Notes: generated by a model not told the origin, from the letters alone. 32,000 bases of DNA from Desulfurococcus sp. (GCA_026626905.1 JAPNUX010000002.1:62229-94228), one strand, 5' to 3'. Positions 18,137-26,611 are shown, counted from the first letter of the stretch. Program-made: numbers and translations.

Positions 18137-18225
18137 GACTGATACCTAGCTTTATTAAAGCCAACTCCACTCTTGTAGTTCTATAATATTTTAGCTACCA
18201 GCTGGTAACAAGGTAACAGTACGAA

Positions 18226-18924
18226 GTGGTGTACAGAGCTATGCTTCCACTCGAACCCCAAGTGCTAGTAAAAGAGAGTGTCTACACACTCCTACTACTC
18301 GCATGGGTTATAGTAGTCGTCCACCCTTTAACCAAACACTTATACTACTTGATGAGGAGGCATGGGGTCCCCCATAATAAAGCGGTATACTATAATAGAA
18401 AGATTATACATATTCTTGCAGGCGGGTTAGTATCCATAATGATTCCTCTACTGGAGTACAAGACACCTGTAACTATCATACCAATGATAGTGCTCCTAGC
18501 TGCTGCAACCTACCTCCCCCATAAGAAGGGAAAACTCATGTACTGGTTTCAGGATCCAGAGAACATTAATGAAGTACACTTCATTATCATGTGGGGTGTA
18601 GTAATGACGTCCTCATGGCTGCTCTTCAATAACTGGGTTTACGGGGTTGTACCGGTAGCCTTCATGTCTTTCGGGGATGGAGTGACAGGTATTGTTAGAA
18701 ACTTGATCTACGGTGGGAGGAATAAATCTTGGTATGGTAATATAGCAATGCTAGCTACAGTCGCTCCAATAGGCTACTATCTAGCAGGCCTGCCAGGCTT
18801 AATTTCAGCTGTAGCAGCCAGCATAGTAGAACACTTCGAGATCTACGAGAGAATAGACGATAATATCACAGTACCTCTAACAGGCTTCACCATACTACTG
18901 GCATTAAACTTCATGCTAGGATAA
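18226..18924 (+). CDS. Polytopic membrane protein, dolichol/polyprenol kinase-like (CTP-transferase 1 superfamily)
   Basis: About 7 TM helices. FGDGVTGIVRNLIYGGRNKSWYGNIAM and the C-terminal IDDNITVPL resemble the Sec59/phytol-kinase signatures. The call is tentative. Confidence 0.4.
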   Translation: MVYRAMLPLEPQVLVKESVYTLLLLAWVIVVVHPLTKHLYYLMRRHGVPHNKAVYYNRKIIHILAGGLVSIMIPLLEYKTPVTIIPMIVLLAAATYLPHKKGKLMYWFQDPENINEVHFIIMWGVVMTSSWLLFNNWVYGVVPVAFMSFGDGVTGIVRNLIYGGRNKSWYGNIAMLATVAPIGYYLAGLPGLISAVAASIVEHFEIYERIDDNITVPLTGFTILLALNFMLG

Positions 18925-19188
18925 CCACTACACGTGTAGCTGACTCCAGGTAGGCCTCTTCATCTAGACAGGAGCTTCTTCTCTAATTCAGAGTCAGCAT
19001 CCACGCTTGCATACAGCACTCTCAAACCCCACTTAGCAGGCGTGAAGTAGCATGTGATAGAGCTAGCGGGGGCTGAGGTAGTAGTGAATCAACAGCTTAC
19101 TCGCAGGCCTGTAGATCGATTCCAGTAGCTCTAAGCTTAAAAATCCTCTATGCTATACCCCTGATCTCAGCGTTAAAAGGTGAGTTTA

Positions 19189-19410
19189 ATGGGTAAGGTG
19201 AGAATAAGACTTGTTAAGAGGATTGCACGCGAGCTATTGGAGAAGCATCCAGAGCTGTTTACAAGAGACTTCCAGCACAATAAGGCTGTAGTCTCAAGGC
19301 TGGTGGATACATCATCGAAGAAGCTGAGGAACATGATAGCCGGCTATGTGACCCACTTGATAGCTATTCAGTCTAAACGCAAGGCGGCGTTAGAGCAGGC
19401 TGAGCAATGA
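19189..19410 (+). CDS. rps17e: Ribosomal protein eS17 (S17e)
   Basis: MGKVRIRLVKRIARELLEKHPELFTRDFQHNK...SKKLRNMIAGYVTHL. GGTGA lies 6 nt upstream of ATG 19189. Confidence 0.9.
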   Translation: MGKVRIRLVKRIARELLEKHPELFTRDFQHNKAVVSRLVDTSSKKLRNMIAGYVTHLIAIQSKRKAALEQAEQ

Positions 19411-19922
19411 GCATTATGCAGCCGATTACAGTTGAATCTCTCCCAGGTGGATTCCACCGTATATCCCTCTTCGAGAAAACCGTTTACTTAAGGATTAGTG
19501 TTTGCAGTAGGAGGAAGAACAGCCTAGACGAGGAGCTCGAAGAACTAGGCGAAAGAACAGGTGTTACTATAGCTATAATACCTTTAAGCATGACTAGTAT
19601 TCCACAGATAGTGCAAGGTGCTCTTCACTTCATAATATACAAGAAGGAGTTTTCGAGATTCAAGAATAAGGGGCTACTACTCTTAATGCTCTCCACAGGG
19701 TACACTCAGATCTCCAAAGCTCTCTCTAAGGCTAGAGACCTATTTGAGGGAAGCCTCGAGTACTACCTAGTTGAGCTAGCTGAGGAGCCGCCTGTAGAAC
19801 CCGGCTGGCAGGCTAGTATCAATGGAGAGTACTGCAAGCCTCTCAAGAAGCTTGAGCAGGTAGGGGTCAGTGATTTCACACCCCTCGTGAAAAACCTTCA
19901 TGCATTACTTGAGATGATATAG
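19407..19922 (+). CDS. Hypothetical protein, possibly KEOPS subunit Cgi121
   Basis: The ATGA overlap with rps17e suggests coupling. The central segment IPQIVQGALHFIIYKKEFSRFKNKGLLLLMLSTGYTQISKAL resembles the Cgi121 helical core. The match is weak. Confidence 0.35.
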   Translation: MSIMQPITVESLPGGFHRISLFEKTVYLRISVCSRRKNSLDEELEELGERTGVTIAIIPLSMTSIPQIVQGALHFIIYKKEFSRFKNKGLLLLMLSTGYTQISKALSKARDLFEGSLEYYLVELAEEPPVEPGWQASINGEYCKPLKKLEQVGVSDFTPLVKNLHALLEMI

Positions 19923-19987
19923 CACGCAGCTAGTATTTAGGGCGTTCCTGCAGGATGCTTTGAAAAAACCTAGAGCATTCCGCTAGC

Positions 19988-20113
19988 CTACCACTCTTCC
20001 TCCTCCCATTCCTCTTCCCACTCTTCTTCCTCCCACTCCTCTTCTTCCCATTCTTCCTCTAGCCACGGCTTCACTACGACTACACCTCCCACACAATCAC
20101 GATCTCCATGCAC
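19988..20113 (-). CDS. Candidate micro-protein with a C-terminal (E3-4 W)x5 repeat
   Basis: This ORF is below the track cutoff. From GTG 20113 it reads (M)HGDRDCVGGVVVVKPWLEEEWEEEEWEEEEWEEEWEEEEW-stop. Internal GTG 20092 is the start that best fits a TTTAAAAA box at 20119-20126. Confidence 0.3.
   Translation of the reverse strand: MHGDRDCVGGVVVVKPWLEEEWEEEEWEEEEWEEEWEEEEW
19991..20062. repeat. Polypyrimidine (plus strand) imperfect tandem repeat of 12- and 15-nt units
   Basis: On the plus strand the units read CCACTCTTCCTCCTC / CCATTCCTCTTC / CCACTCTTCTTCCTC / CCACTCCTCTTCTTC / CCATTCTTCCTC. The plus strand has no G across the repeat units. Confidence 0.9.
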
Positions 20114-20236
20114 CTGGGTTTTTAAATATCCAGGGGGTCGAGTCCACCTTCACTGTGGAGGCTGAATGAAAAACTTATAACCTGGTATAACACCAGTTTA
20201 ATAGGTTTAATCCAAGGGTAGCAGCGGTGAGGCTTA

Positions 20237-20524
20237 TTGGTTGAATTCTGCCCTAGATGCGGAGGGCCACTCGTACCTGTTAAGAAGGGAAGGAAGATTA
20301 TTCTTAAGTGTAATAGATGCGGTTATGAAGTAGAAGTTAAAGATAGAAGAGAACACAAAGTGAAGTTTCACGTGGATGCAAGCAAACGGGTTTCAACTGC
20401 TCAGGCAACTGAGGCAGGGGAAGCAAGGCTCTCACAGGAGGAAAGAGAGATGCTTAGAGAGTACTACGAGGTGCTTCTAGAGGAGCTGGCACAAGAAGAA
20501 GAGGGAACCGAGGAATTAGATTAA
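20237..20524 (+). CDS. C4 zinc-ribbon protein (RpoM/TFS N-terminal-ribbon-like) with acidic C-terminal tail
   Basis: MVEFCPRCGGPLVPVKKGRKIILKCNRCGYEVEV, then a helical acidic tail (EELAQEEEGTEELD). It lacks the C-terminal TFIIS-type ribbon. The TTG start is preceded by GGTGAGG. Confidence 0.5.
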   Translation: MVEFCPRCGGPLVPVKKGRKIILKCNRCGYEVEVKDRREHKVKFHVDASKRVSTAQATEAGEARLSQEEREMLREYYEVLLEELAQEEEGTEELD

Positions 20525-20536
20525 GACTACAAGGCT

Positions 20537-20590
20537 TCAGCTTGCATGGTCTCCACATTACAGGTTTTCGGAGCCGTCACCACTCATCAT
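20537..20590 (-). ncRNA. Candidate C/D box sRNA (2'-O-methylation guide)
   Basis: On the minus strand the order is AUGAUGA (C), 12 nt (GUGGUGACGGCU), CCGA (D'-like), 27 nt, then CUGA (D), 54 nt in total. TTAATAA at 20616-20622 would start transcription 3-4 nt before the C box. The C' box is poor. Confidence 0.3.
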
Positions 20591-20704
20591 CTCAACCAGC
20601 TTGATCCAAGTAGACCTTATTAACTGCAGAGTCTCAAGAGTGGTTAGGTTAGTTAAAGTAGCTTAGTACCAGTGGAGTCTTAAAAGCTCGCTAGGTGGGC
20701 TGGG

Positions 20705-21589
20705 ATGAAATCTAAGAGGACTATGCAGGGGGTTTTAATGCTGGTTCTCTGCCATTTCCTGTGGAGTACTAACAACATTGCTGGGAGAGTACTAGGCGGG
20801 GTCTTAGACCCGGTGACTGTAACTGCTCTCAGGTGGCTTCTGGCAATGCCCTTCTACCCTCTAATACTCGGGTGGAGTGTTATATGGGGGGTGAAACGCT
20901 ATATCAGCGTGAAGACGCTGATACTGGGTTTAACAGGCATGGTACTCTTCAACATCGTCCTCTACGAGTCCCTAGCGTTAACGCAAGCGTCACTTGTAGG
21001 ATTAGCATACGGCTTCACGCCTGCATTAATCCTAATATTCTCCGCTCTAATAGGCCTTGAAAAACCAAGCAGACTACAGGTTGCTGGATCCACTCTCTCA
21101 GTACTAGGCGTCATCCTGCTTTTCACGCTTAAAGGAGCAGCAGCCTCCAGCAGCGATATACTGGGTTTAAGCCTAGGGGTTTCAACAGGGGTTATATGGG
21201 CGGTTTACACTGTCCTCCAAGGCAAGTTCTATCCTGGAGGAGATCAAGCAGCATTAACGTATGCTTCAATAGTTCTAACAGCACCCCTACTAGGGCTTAC
21301 TGCCTCACCATTAATCTACACGAAGCTCGAGATCATGCTGAAACCAGAGGTTCTCTTAGCCCTCCTCTGGATTGCTGTTGCAACAGGGGCTTTAGGCTAC
21401 TACGCTTGGAATAAAGGAGTTTCACTAGTGGGCCCTGCTATAGCCGCCCCCTTCGCGAACTTAATCCCTGTCTTCACAGCCCTTCTCGGCAGCATGCTGC
21501 TGGGAGAAAGCCTTGGAGTAGGAGACCTAGTGGGAGGTGCTTTAATAGTGCTTGGCTCAACTATTTCAACTATAGGAGGAAGGCACTAA
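20705..21589 (+). CDS. EamA/DMT-superfamily transporter (10 TM)
   Basis: Two EamA-like halves of 5 TM helices each, with the typical WSTNNIAGR start and a G-rich last helix. Confidence 0.8.
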   Translation: MKSKRTMQGVLMLVLCHFLWSTNNIAGRVLGGVLDPVTVTALRWLLAMPFYPLILGWSVIWGVKRYISVKTLILGLTGMVLFNIVLYESLALTQASLVGLAYGFTPALILIFSALIGLEKPSRLQVAGSTLSVLGVILLFTLKGAAASSSDILGLSLGVSTGVIWAVYTVLQGKFYPGGDQAALTYASIVLTAPLLGLTASPLIYTKLEIMLKPEVLLALLWIAVATGALGYYAWNKGVSLVGPAIAAPFANLIPVFTALLGSMLLGESLGVGDLVGGALIVLGSTISTIGGRH

Positions 21590-21695
21590 ACCCTGCAGCC
21601 AGGTACAACCTGAGAGGATGCATTGCGAGAAAGAAAAATACCGGTAACCCTGGTTAACATGATTGAAGAACTGCTTACGAGGAGAGGTGTCAGCC

Positions 21696-23504
21696 TTGGT
21701 TAGAGTCGCCATAGTAGATAGAAGCTACTGTAAGCCGGATAAGTGTAGCCTGGAGTGTATTAGGTTCTGCCCTGTCAACAGGGGGAGGAAGAAGAAGGCT
21801 ATAGAGTTGAGTAGTGACGGTAAGTATGTAGTAGTATACGAGGAGACCTGCATCGGATGCGGTATATGCGTTAAGAAGTGTCCTTTCAATGCTCTATCAA
21901 TCGTGAACCTACCCGACGAGCTCGAGAAAACACTAGTGCACAGGTACGGAGCCAATATGTTCAAGCTATATAATCTACCAGCACCACGCATCGGAGGTAT
22001 TCTAGGGGTAATCGGGAGAAACGGTGCTGGAAAATCCACTAGCGTGAAAATACTTTCCGGGCAGGTGAAGCCTAACCTAGGGAGATACATGGATCCACCA
22101 GACTGGGATGAAATAATAAGGTACTTCAGGGGGACAGAGCTACAATCATACTTTACTAAGCTTGCAAACGGCGATATTAAAGCTGTAGTTAAACCACAGT
22201 ATATTGAGGCTGCTAAAAGGCTGTTAAAAAGCACTGTGAGAGAACTGCTGAGTAAAGTAGATGAAAGAGGCTTAGGACGCGAGCTAGTGGAGAAGCTAGG
22301 GTTAACCAACCTACTAGACCGTAAGGTAAGCGAGCTAAGCGGTGGGGAGCTACAGAAATTCCTTGTAGCTGCAACTCTATCGAGGAATGGGAATGCATTC
22401 TTCTTCGACGAGCCATGTAGCTACCTGGATATAAGGGAGAGGATAAGAGTGGCAAATACCATTAGAGAGTTCAGTGAGCCCTCTAAGAACTACGTAGTAG
22501 TCGTTGAACACGATTTAATGATCCTCGACTACATAAGCGACAATATTGTCGTAGTATACGGGGAGCCAGGAGTATACGGTATTGTCTCCAAGCCTTATGG
22601 AACGAGAGTAGGAGTAAACCACTACCTGAAAGGATACCTGCCGGCAGAAAACATGAGGATAAGAGAAGATGAAATAAAGTTTAGAATACAGGCTCAGGAG
22701 AAGCAGGTTACCCCGGAATCCTACCCGATACTCAAGTGGGATTCAATGGTATTCCAGTACGGTAGCTCTGGCTTCAAGCTTGTAGTCGAGCCAGGCGACG
22801 TGCATGCTGGGGAGGTACTAGGAATCCTAGGGCCAAACGGGATAGGGAAGACTACGCTAATCAAGCTTTTAAGCGGGGAACTAGAGCCGCAGGAGGGAAT
22901 GGTTTTAATCTCAGCTGGAAAAGTAAGCTTGAAGCCCCAGGAGCTTTCACCAAGAATCTTCAGTGAGGAGAGTGTTGCAGGGAACTTGAAGAGCGCGTCA
23001 CCTCAAACCCTAGACCCTTCATCCTGGATCTACCATGAGCTGGTGAGAAGGTTAGGATTGAATAAGCTGCTGGATAGAAGAGTAGATGAGTTAAGCGGGG
23101 GAGAACTACAGAAGCTTGCTGTAGCAGTCTCTCTAGCTAGAGAAGCCGACCTCTACTTCCTTGACGAGCCGTCAGCTTATCTAGATGTTGAAGAGAGAAT
23201 TAGTATTGCAAGAACTATAAGGAGAATAGTTGAGGAGAAAGGGAAGAGTGCTCTCGTTGTAGAACACGACCTCCTTATGCAAAGCTATATTGCTGACAGA
23301 GTGATAGTCTTCCTCGGGGAGCCAGGTCTCCACGGCCATGCATACCAGCCAGTGAACGTGAAGGAGGGACTAAACCTTCTCTTAAAGGAACTGGATGTAA
23401 CTGTTAGAAGAGATAGTGAAAGCGGAAGGCCGAGGATAAACAAGCCTGGCTCAGTAATGGATAGAGAGCAGAGGCTTCGAGGAGAGTACTTCCTTCCAGC
23501 TTAA
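21696..23504 (+). CDS. abce1: ABCE1 / RNase L inhibitor-type ribosome recycling ATPase
   Basis: The N-terminal 2x[4Fe-4S] motifs are CKPDKCSLECIRFCP and CIGCGICVKKCP. The Walker A motifs are GRNGAGKST and GPNGIGKTT, and LSGGELQ occurs twice. TTG 21696 (MVRVAIVD) fits family N-termini better than the track start at 21663. Confidence 0.95.
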   Translation: MVRVAIVDRSYCKPDKCSLECIRFCPVNRGRKKKAIELSSDGKYVVVYEETCIGCGICVKKCPFNALSIVNLPDELEKTLVHRYGANMFKLYNLPAPRIGGILGVIGRNGAGKSTSVKILSGQVKPNLGRYMDPPDWDEIIRYFRGTELQSYFTKLANGDIKAVVKPQYIEAAKRLLKSTVRELLSKVDERGLGRELVEKLGLTNLLDRKVSELSGGELQKFLVAATLSRNGNAFFFDEPCSYLDIRERIRVANTIREFSEPSKNYVVVVEHDLMILDYISDNIVVVYGEPGVYGIVSKPYGTRVGVNHYLKGYLPAENMRIREDEIKFRIQAQEKQVTPESYPILKWDSMVFQYGSSGFKLVVEPGDVHAGEVLGILGPNGIGKTTLIKLLSGELEPQEGMVLISAGKVSLKPQELSPRIFSEESVAGNLKSASPQTLDPSSWIYHELVRRLGLNKLLDRRVDELSGGELQKLAVAVSLAREADLYFLDEPSAYLDVEERISIARTIRRIVEEKGKSALVVEHDLLMQSYIADRVIVFLGEPGLHGHAYQPVNVKEGLNLLLKELDVTVRRDSESGRPRINKPGSVMDREQRLRGEYFLPA

Positions 23505-23603
23505 CACTAATTTAATTGGATATTTAAAAGTTCAGGCGTTTTACTCAGGGTAAGGTTTATTAAGGGTTTAACCATTCAATTCAATATTGATGGGTGCATG
23601 AAC

Positions 23604-24752
23604 ATGAAGGTAACTCTCTCTGTTATTAAAGCGGACTTAGGAAGTATCGCAGGCCACTACATGCCACACCCCGACCAGCTAGCTGCTGCTACAAAAGTGC
23701 TCTCTGAGGCTAAGCAGAAGGGGATTATAATTGACTTCTACGTCACGCACGTCGGCGACGATATTCAATTGATAATGACTCATACCAAGGGAACAGACCA
23801 CCCTGATATCCATGGGCTAGCATGGGATGCATTCCAGGCTGCTGCTAAGGTTGCACGCGAGTTGAAGCTGTATGCAGCCGGCCAGGACCTTCTATCAGAA
23901 GCTTTCTCAGGCAACGTTAGAGGTATGGGGCCTGGTGTAGCAGAGCTTGAGATGGAGGAGAGGAAGTCTGAGCCTGTTGTCACGTTCCACGCTGATAAAA
24001 CTGAGCCTGGTGCATTCAACCTACCTATCTTCAGGATATTCGCAGATCCATTCAACACGGCTGGACTAGTGATTGATCCAAACATGCATGACGGATTCGT
24101 CTTCGAGATATTCGATGTATTCGAGGGTAGAAGCGTTCTTCTAAAGTCTCCGGAGGAGATGTACGATATACTAGCCTTAATCGGTACCCCCGGCAGGTAC
24201 ATTGTGAGAAGAGTGTACAGGAAGAGTGATAACCTGCTAGCTGCAGTAGTCAGCGTTGAGAGATTAAACCTCATGGCTGGCAAGTACGTTGGTAAGGATG
24301 ATCCAGTTGCAATCGTGAGAGCACAGCATGGCCTCCCGGCTCTAGGAGAAGTCCTAGAACCCTTCAGCTTCCCGCACCTAGTTGCTGGATGGATGAGAGG
24401 CAGTCATCACGGCCCTCTAATGCCTGTTCCAATGAGGTACGCTAGAGTCACACGCTTCGATGGGCCTCCGAGAATCATAGCACTTGGATGGAACATCTCT
24501 AACGGCAGGCTGATCGGTCCAGCCGACCTCTTCGATGATGTAGCATTCGATGAAGCTAGGAGGCTGGCACAGACTATCGCCGACTACATGAGGAGACACG
24601 GCCCATTCATGCCGCACAGGCTTGGACCTGAGGAAATGGAGTACACGACACTACCACAGGTACTAGAGAAGCTGAAGGATAGGTTCGTTAAGTCTGAAGA
24701 AGCCTATAAGGTAATTAAGAGACACAGCGAGATGCTAGAATCTCACGATTAG
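23604..24752 (+). CDS. fbp: Bifunctional fructose-1,6-bisphosphate aldolase/phosphatase (class V FBPase)
   Basis: MKVTLSVIKADLGSIAGH... with family conservation along the whole length. The size is about 382 aa. Confidence 0.95.
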   Translation: MKVTLSVIKADLGSIAGHYMPHPDQLAAATKVLSEAKQKGIIIDFYVTHVGDDIQLIMTHTKGTDHPDIHGLAWDAFQAAAKVARELKLYAAGQDLLSEAFSGNVRGMGPGVAELEMEERKSEPVVTFHADKTEPGAFNLPIFRIFADPFNTAGLVIDPNMHDGFVFEIFDVFEGRSVLLKSPEEMYDILALIGTPGRYIVRRVYRKSDNLLAAVVSVERLNLMAGKYVGKDDPVAIVRAQHGLPALGEVLEPFSFPHLVAGWMRGSHHGPLMPVPMRYARVTRFDGPPRIIALGWNISNGRLIGPADLFDDVAFDEARRLAQTIADYMRRHGPFMPHRLGPEEMEYTTLPQVLEKLKDRFVKSEEAYKVIKRHSEMLESHD

Positions 24753-24810
24753 TCTCCTCGAGACTTTTTTCCCATCTATAACTCATACATGTTAATGAGG
24801 AGGAAGTCAC

Positions 24811-25503
24811 ATGGCTAAACCTATTCTAGCAGTCAACTTCAAAGCATACTACCCCCATAGCTTCGGCGAGAACGCGTACAGGATAGCAAGGGATGCTGTA
24901 AGAGTGTGGCGTGAGACAGGTGTGGATATCATACTAGCACCACCATTCACAGAGATAAGGAGAATTAAGGAGATAGTTGAAGGAAGTAGCGTGAAAGTAT
25001 TCGCTCAGCACGCTGACCCTCTTGAGCCAGGTGCTATCACAGGCTTTATGCCGCTTGAAGGACTAAAGGAGGCTGGTGTTCAAGGAGTAATCATTAATCA
25101 CAGTGAGCACAAGCTTAGAATATCCGAGATAAACTACTTAGTGGCGAAAGCTAGAAGCCTTGGCTTGGAAACCTTGGTCTGCGCTGATACCCCTGAGACA
25201 GGTGCTGCTGTAGCAGTCTTAGAACCCAGCTATGTTGCAGTAGAACCCCCTGAGCTCATAGGGAGCGGTGTAAGTGTTAGCAAGGCTAAACCAGAGGTTG
25301 TGACAAACAGCGTGAAGATGATTAGACGTGTCAACGAGAAAACCGTGATTCTAACTGGAGCTGGCATAACAACAGGTGAAGACGCATACATGGCTGTAAA
25401 ACTAGGCACCATGGGGGTTCTGGTAGCATCAGGTATAGTGAAAGCCAAGGACCCCTACAATGTAATGAAGGAGATGGCTGAATCGATGCTTAAAGCATTA
25501 TAA
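24811..25503 (+). CDS. tpiA: Triosephosphate isomerase (archaeal short type)
   Basis: Motifs are ILAVNFKAY, INHSEH and EPPELIGSG. Confidence 0.95.
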   Translation: MAKPILAVNFKAYYPHSFGENAYRIARDAVRVWRETGVDIILAPPFTEIRRIKEIVEGSSVKVFAQHADPLEPGAITGFMPLEGLKEAGVQGVIINHSEHKLRISEINYLVAKARSLGLETLVCADTPETGAAVAVLEPSYVAVEPPELIGSGVSVSKAKPEVVTNSVKMIRRVNEKTVILTGAGITTGEDAYMAVKLGTMGVLVASGIVKAKDPYNVMKEMAESMLKAL

Positions 25504-25631
25504 GTTTAACATGGCTACATTTTTACTCCACTTCCTCCAGCCTCCACATACTTCTTTAATTTAGTTTATTCCTCGAGTAGAGGTTATCCGAGAAAACCTC
25601 CGGTTAATCTACCGGGGAGCCGGTATGCAAG

Positions 25632-25653
25632 ATAATGCTTCTAGAAGCATTAT
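25632..25653. repeat. 22-bp perfect palindrome ATAATGCTTCTAGAAGCATTAT
   Basis: Read directly: the 11-nt arms are exact reverse complements with no spacer. It lies 58 nt upstream of the glycosylase ATG and 129 nt downstream of the tpiA stop. Confidence 0.95.
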
Positions 25654-25710
25654 TTGAGGCAGAGTTTAATCTCATCATGGAGAGGATTACATCTGCACCT
25701 GTGATTCGCT

Positions 25711-26610
25711 ATGCCAGCGCTCTGCGTGAGTGTTGGAGAAGACTTTAATCTCGATTTAACCATGTATCCCAGCTTCCTCTCAAGCATATACGATTTCGAG
25801 AAGCCTGGATACTGGGTTAGGAGAATAGGGTTTAAGCACCTACTGGTTCAACAGGGTGGGGAATTATGTTGTAGTGGAGATGGATGCTCCCACCGGCTCC
25901 TGCATGGTATTGGGGGATTATGGTGCTGGAGTGACTGCATATCAATCCTTAGAGACTCAGGGTTCAACTGGCTTCTTGAGTTGTATCCGGGGCTTAGGAT
26001 CGCTGCTGCCTTAGAGCCCGTGGATAGAATACTGGTCTCATCGGCTGTAGTTCTCTCAGCTAATACCAGCTATGCAGGTAACGTTAGAAGGTGGATGAAA
26101 CTGATATTTGGGGGCTTAGATCTAAAAGAGAGCTCGCTACTCGTGGAGGCTGCTTCAACCGCGGAAAAACTCACCAGTCCTCAACCCAGACTCCTGGCTA
26201 GAATTCTCCCCGAGCTACGAGATGTTGTCTTGAAAGTAGGCGAGGTAAGCCTGGAGACTCTGAGAAAACGCTTGCTTAGCATTAAAGGTGTGGGTCCGAA
26301 GATAGCTGATGCCATAATACTATTCACTGGTGCTTCATCAATGGTCGCGCCTGGCGATAGACACTTAACCCGCTTTGCTAGATATTATCTAGGTCTCACG
26401 GGGAAGCTAGCATCAAAAAACATGTGTCTTAAGGGAGGGGCTTGGTGTAGGACTTGCAGCATTAGCAGGCAGTGTCTTCAAGGCTTAATTGTAGCTTCCT
26501 TCAGCGCTGGAGCCGGCCTAGTTCAAACAATCTCGTACGTGCATGGAAGGCTAGGCACTACCAGCTGGCGTGAAAAGCTTTACAGGGAGCTCGAAGCCTT
26601 CTACCGCTAG
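25711..26610 (+). CDS. HhH-GPD base-excision DNA glycosylase (Ogg/AlkA-like N-domain, EndoIII-type Fe-S loop)
   Basis: The N-terminal DFNLDLTMYPSF resembles the FDLxLTL motif. The HhH is LLSIKGVGPKIADAIILF, with Lys and a downstream GDRH Asp. The C-terminal loop C-x6-C-x2-C-x5-C reads CLKGGAWCRTCSISRQC. Confidence 0.75.
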   Translation: MPALCVSVGEDFNLDLTMYPSFLSSIYDFEKPGYWVRRIGFKHLLVQQGGELCCSGDGCSHRLLHGIGGLWCWSDCISILRDSGFNWLLELYPGLRIAAALEPVDRILVSSAVVLSANTSYAGNVRRWMKLIFGGLDLKESSLLVEAASTAEKLTSPQPRLLARILPELRDVVLKVGEVSLETLRKRLLSIKGVGPKIADAIILFTGASSMVAPGDRHLTRFARYYLGLTGKLASKNMCLKGGAWCRTCSISRQCLQGLIVASFSAGAGLVQTISYVHGRLGTTSWREKLYRELEAFYR

Positions 26611-26611
26611 G

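Noticed and set aside
19054-19106. C/D-box-like arrangement GUGAUAG - 12 nt - CUGA - 7 nt - GUGAAUC on the plus strand upstream of rps17e
   Set aside because: Both C-type boxes deviate from UGAUGA at the positions needed for the kink-turn, and no CUGA D box follows at guide distance.
19991-20062. CRISPR array or simple microsatellite
   Set aside because: The units are 12-15 nt with no spacers and too short for CRISPR repeats. All unit lengths are multiples of three with conserved TGG, which points to coding or a structural tract, as reported in the findings.
21725-22309. 194-aa ORF antisense to ABCE1 (and 22213-22455)
   Set aside because: ABCE1 on the plus strand is unambiguous, and the antisense frame has no motifs.
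23780-24283. 167-aa ORF antisense to the FBP aldolase/phosphatase gene
   Set aside because: Same reasoning: the opposite strand encodes a fully conserved enzyme.
25672-25678. Perfect C box AUGAUGA on the minus strand near the 22-bp palindrome
   Set aside because: There is no CUGA (D or D') anywhere in the next 80 nt on that strand.
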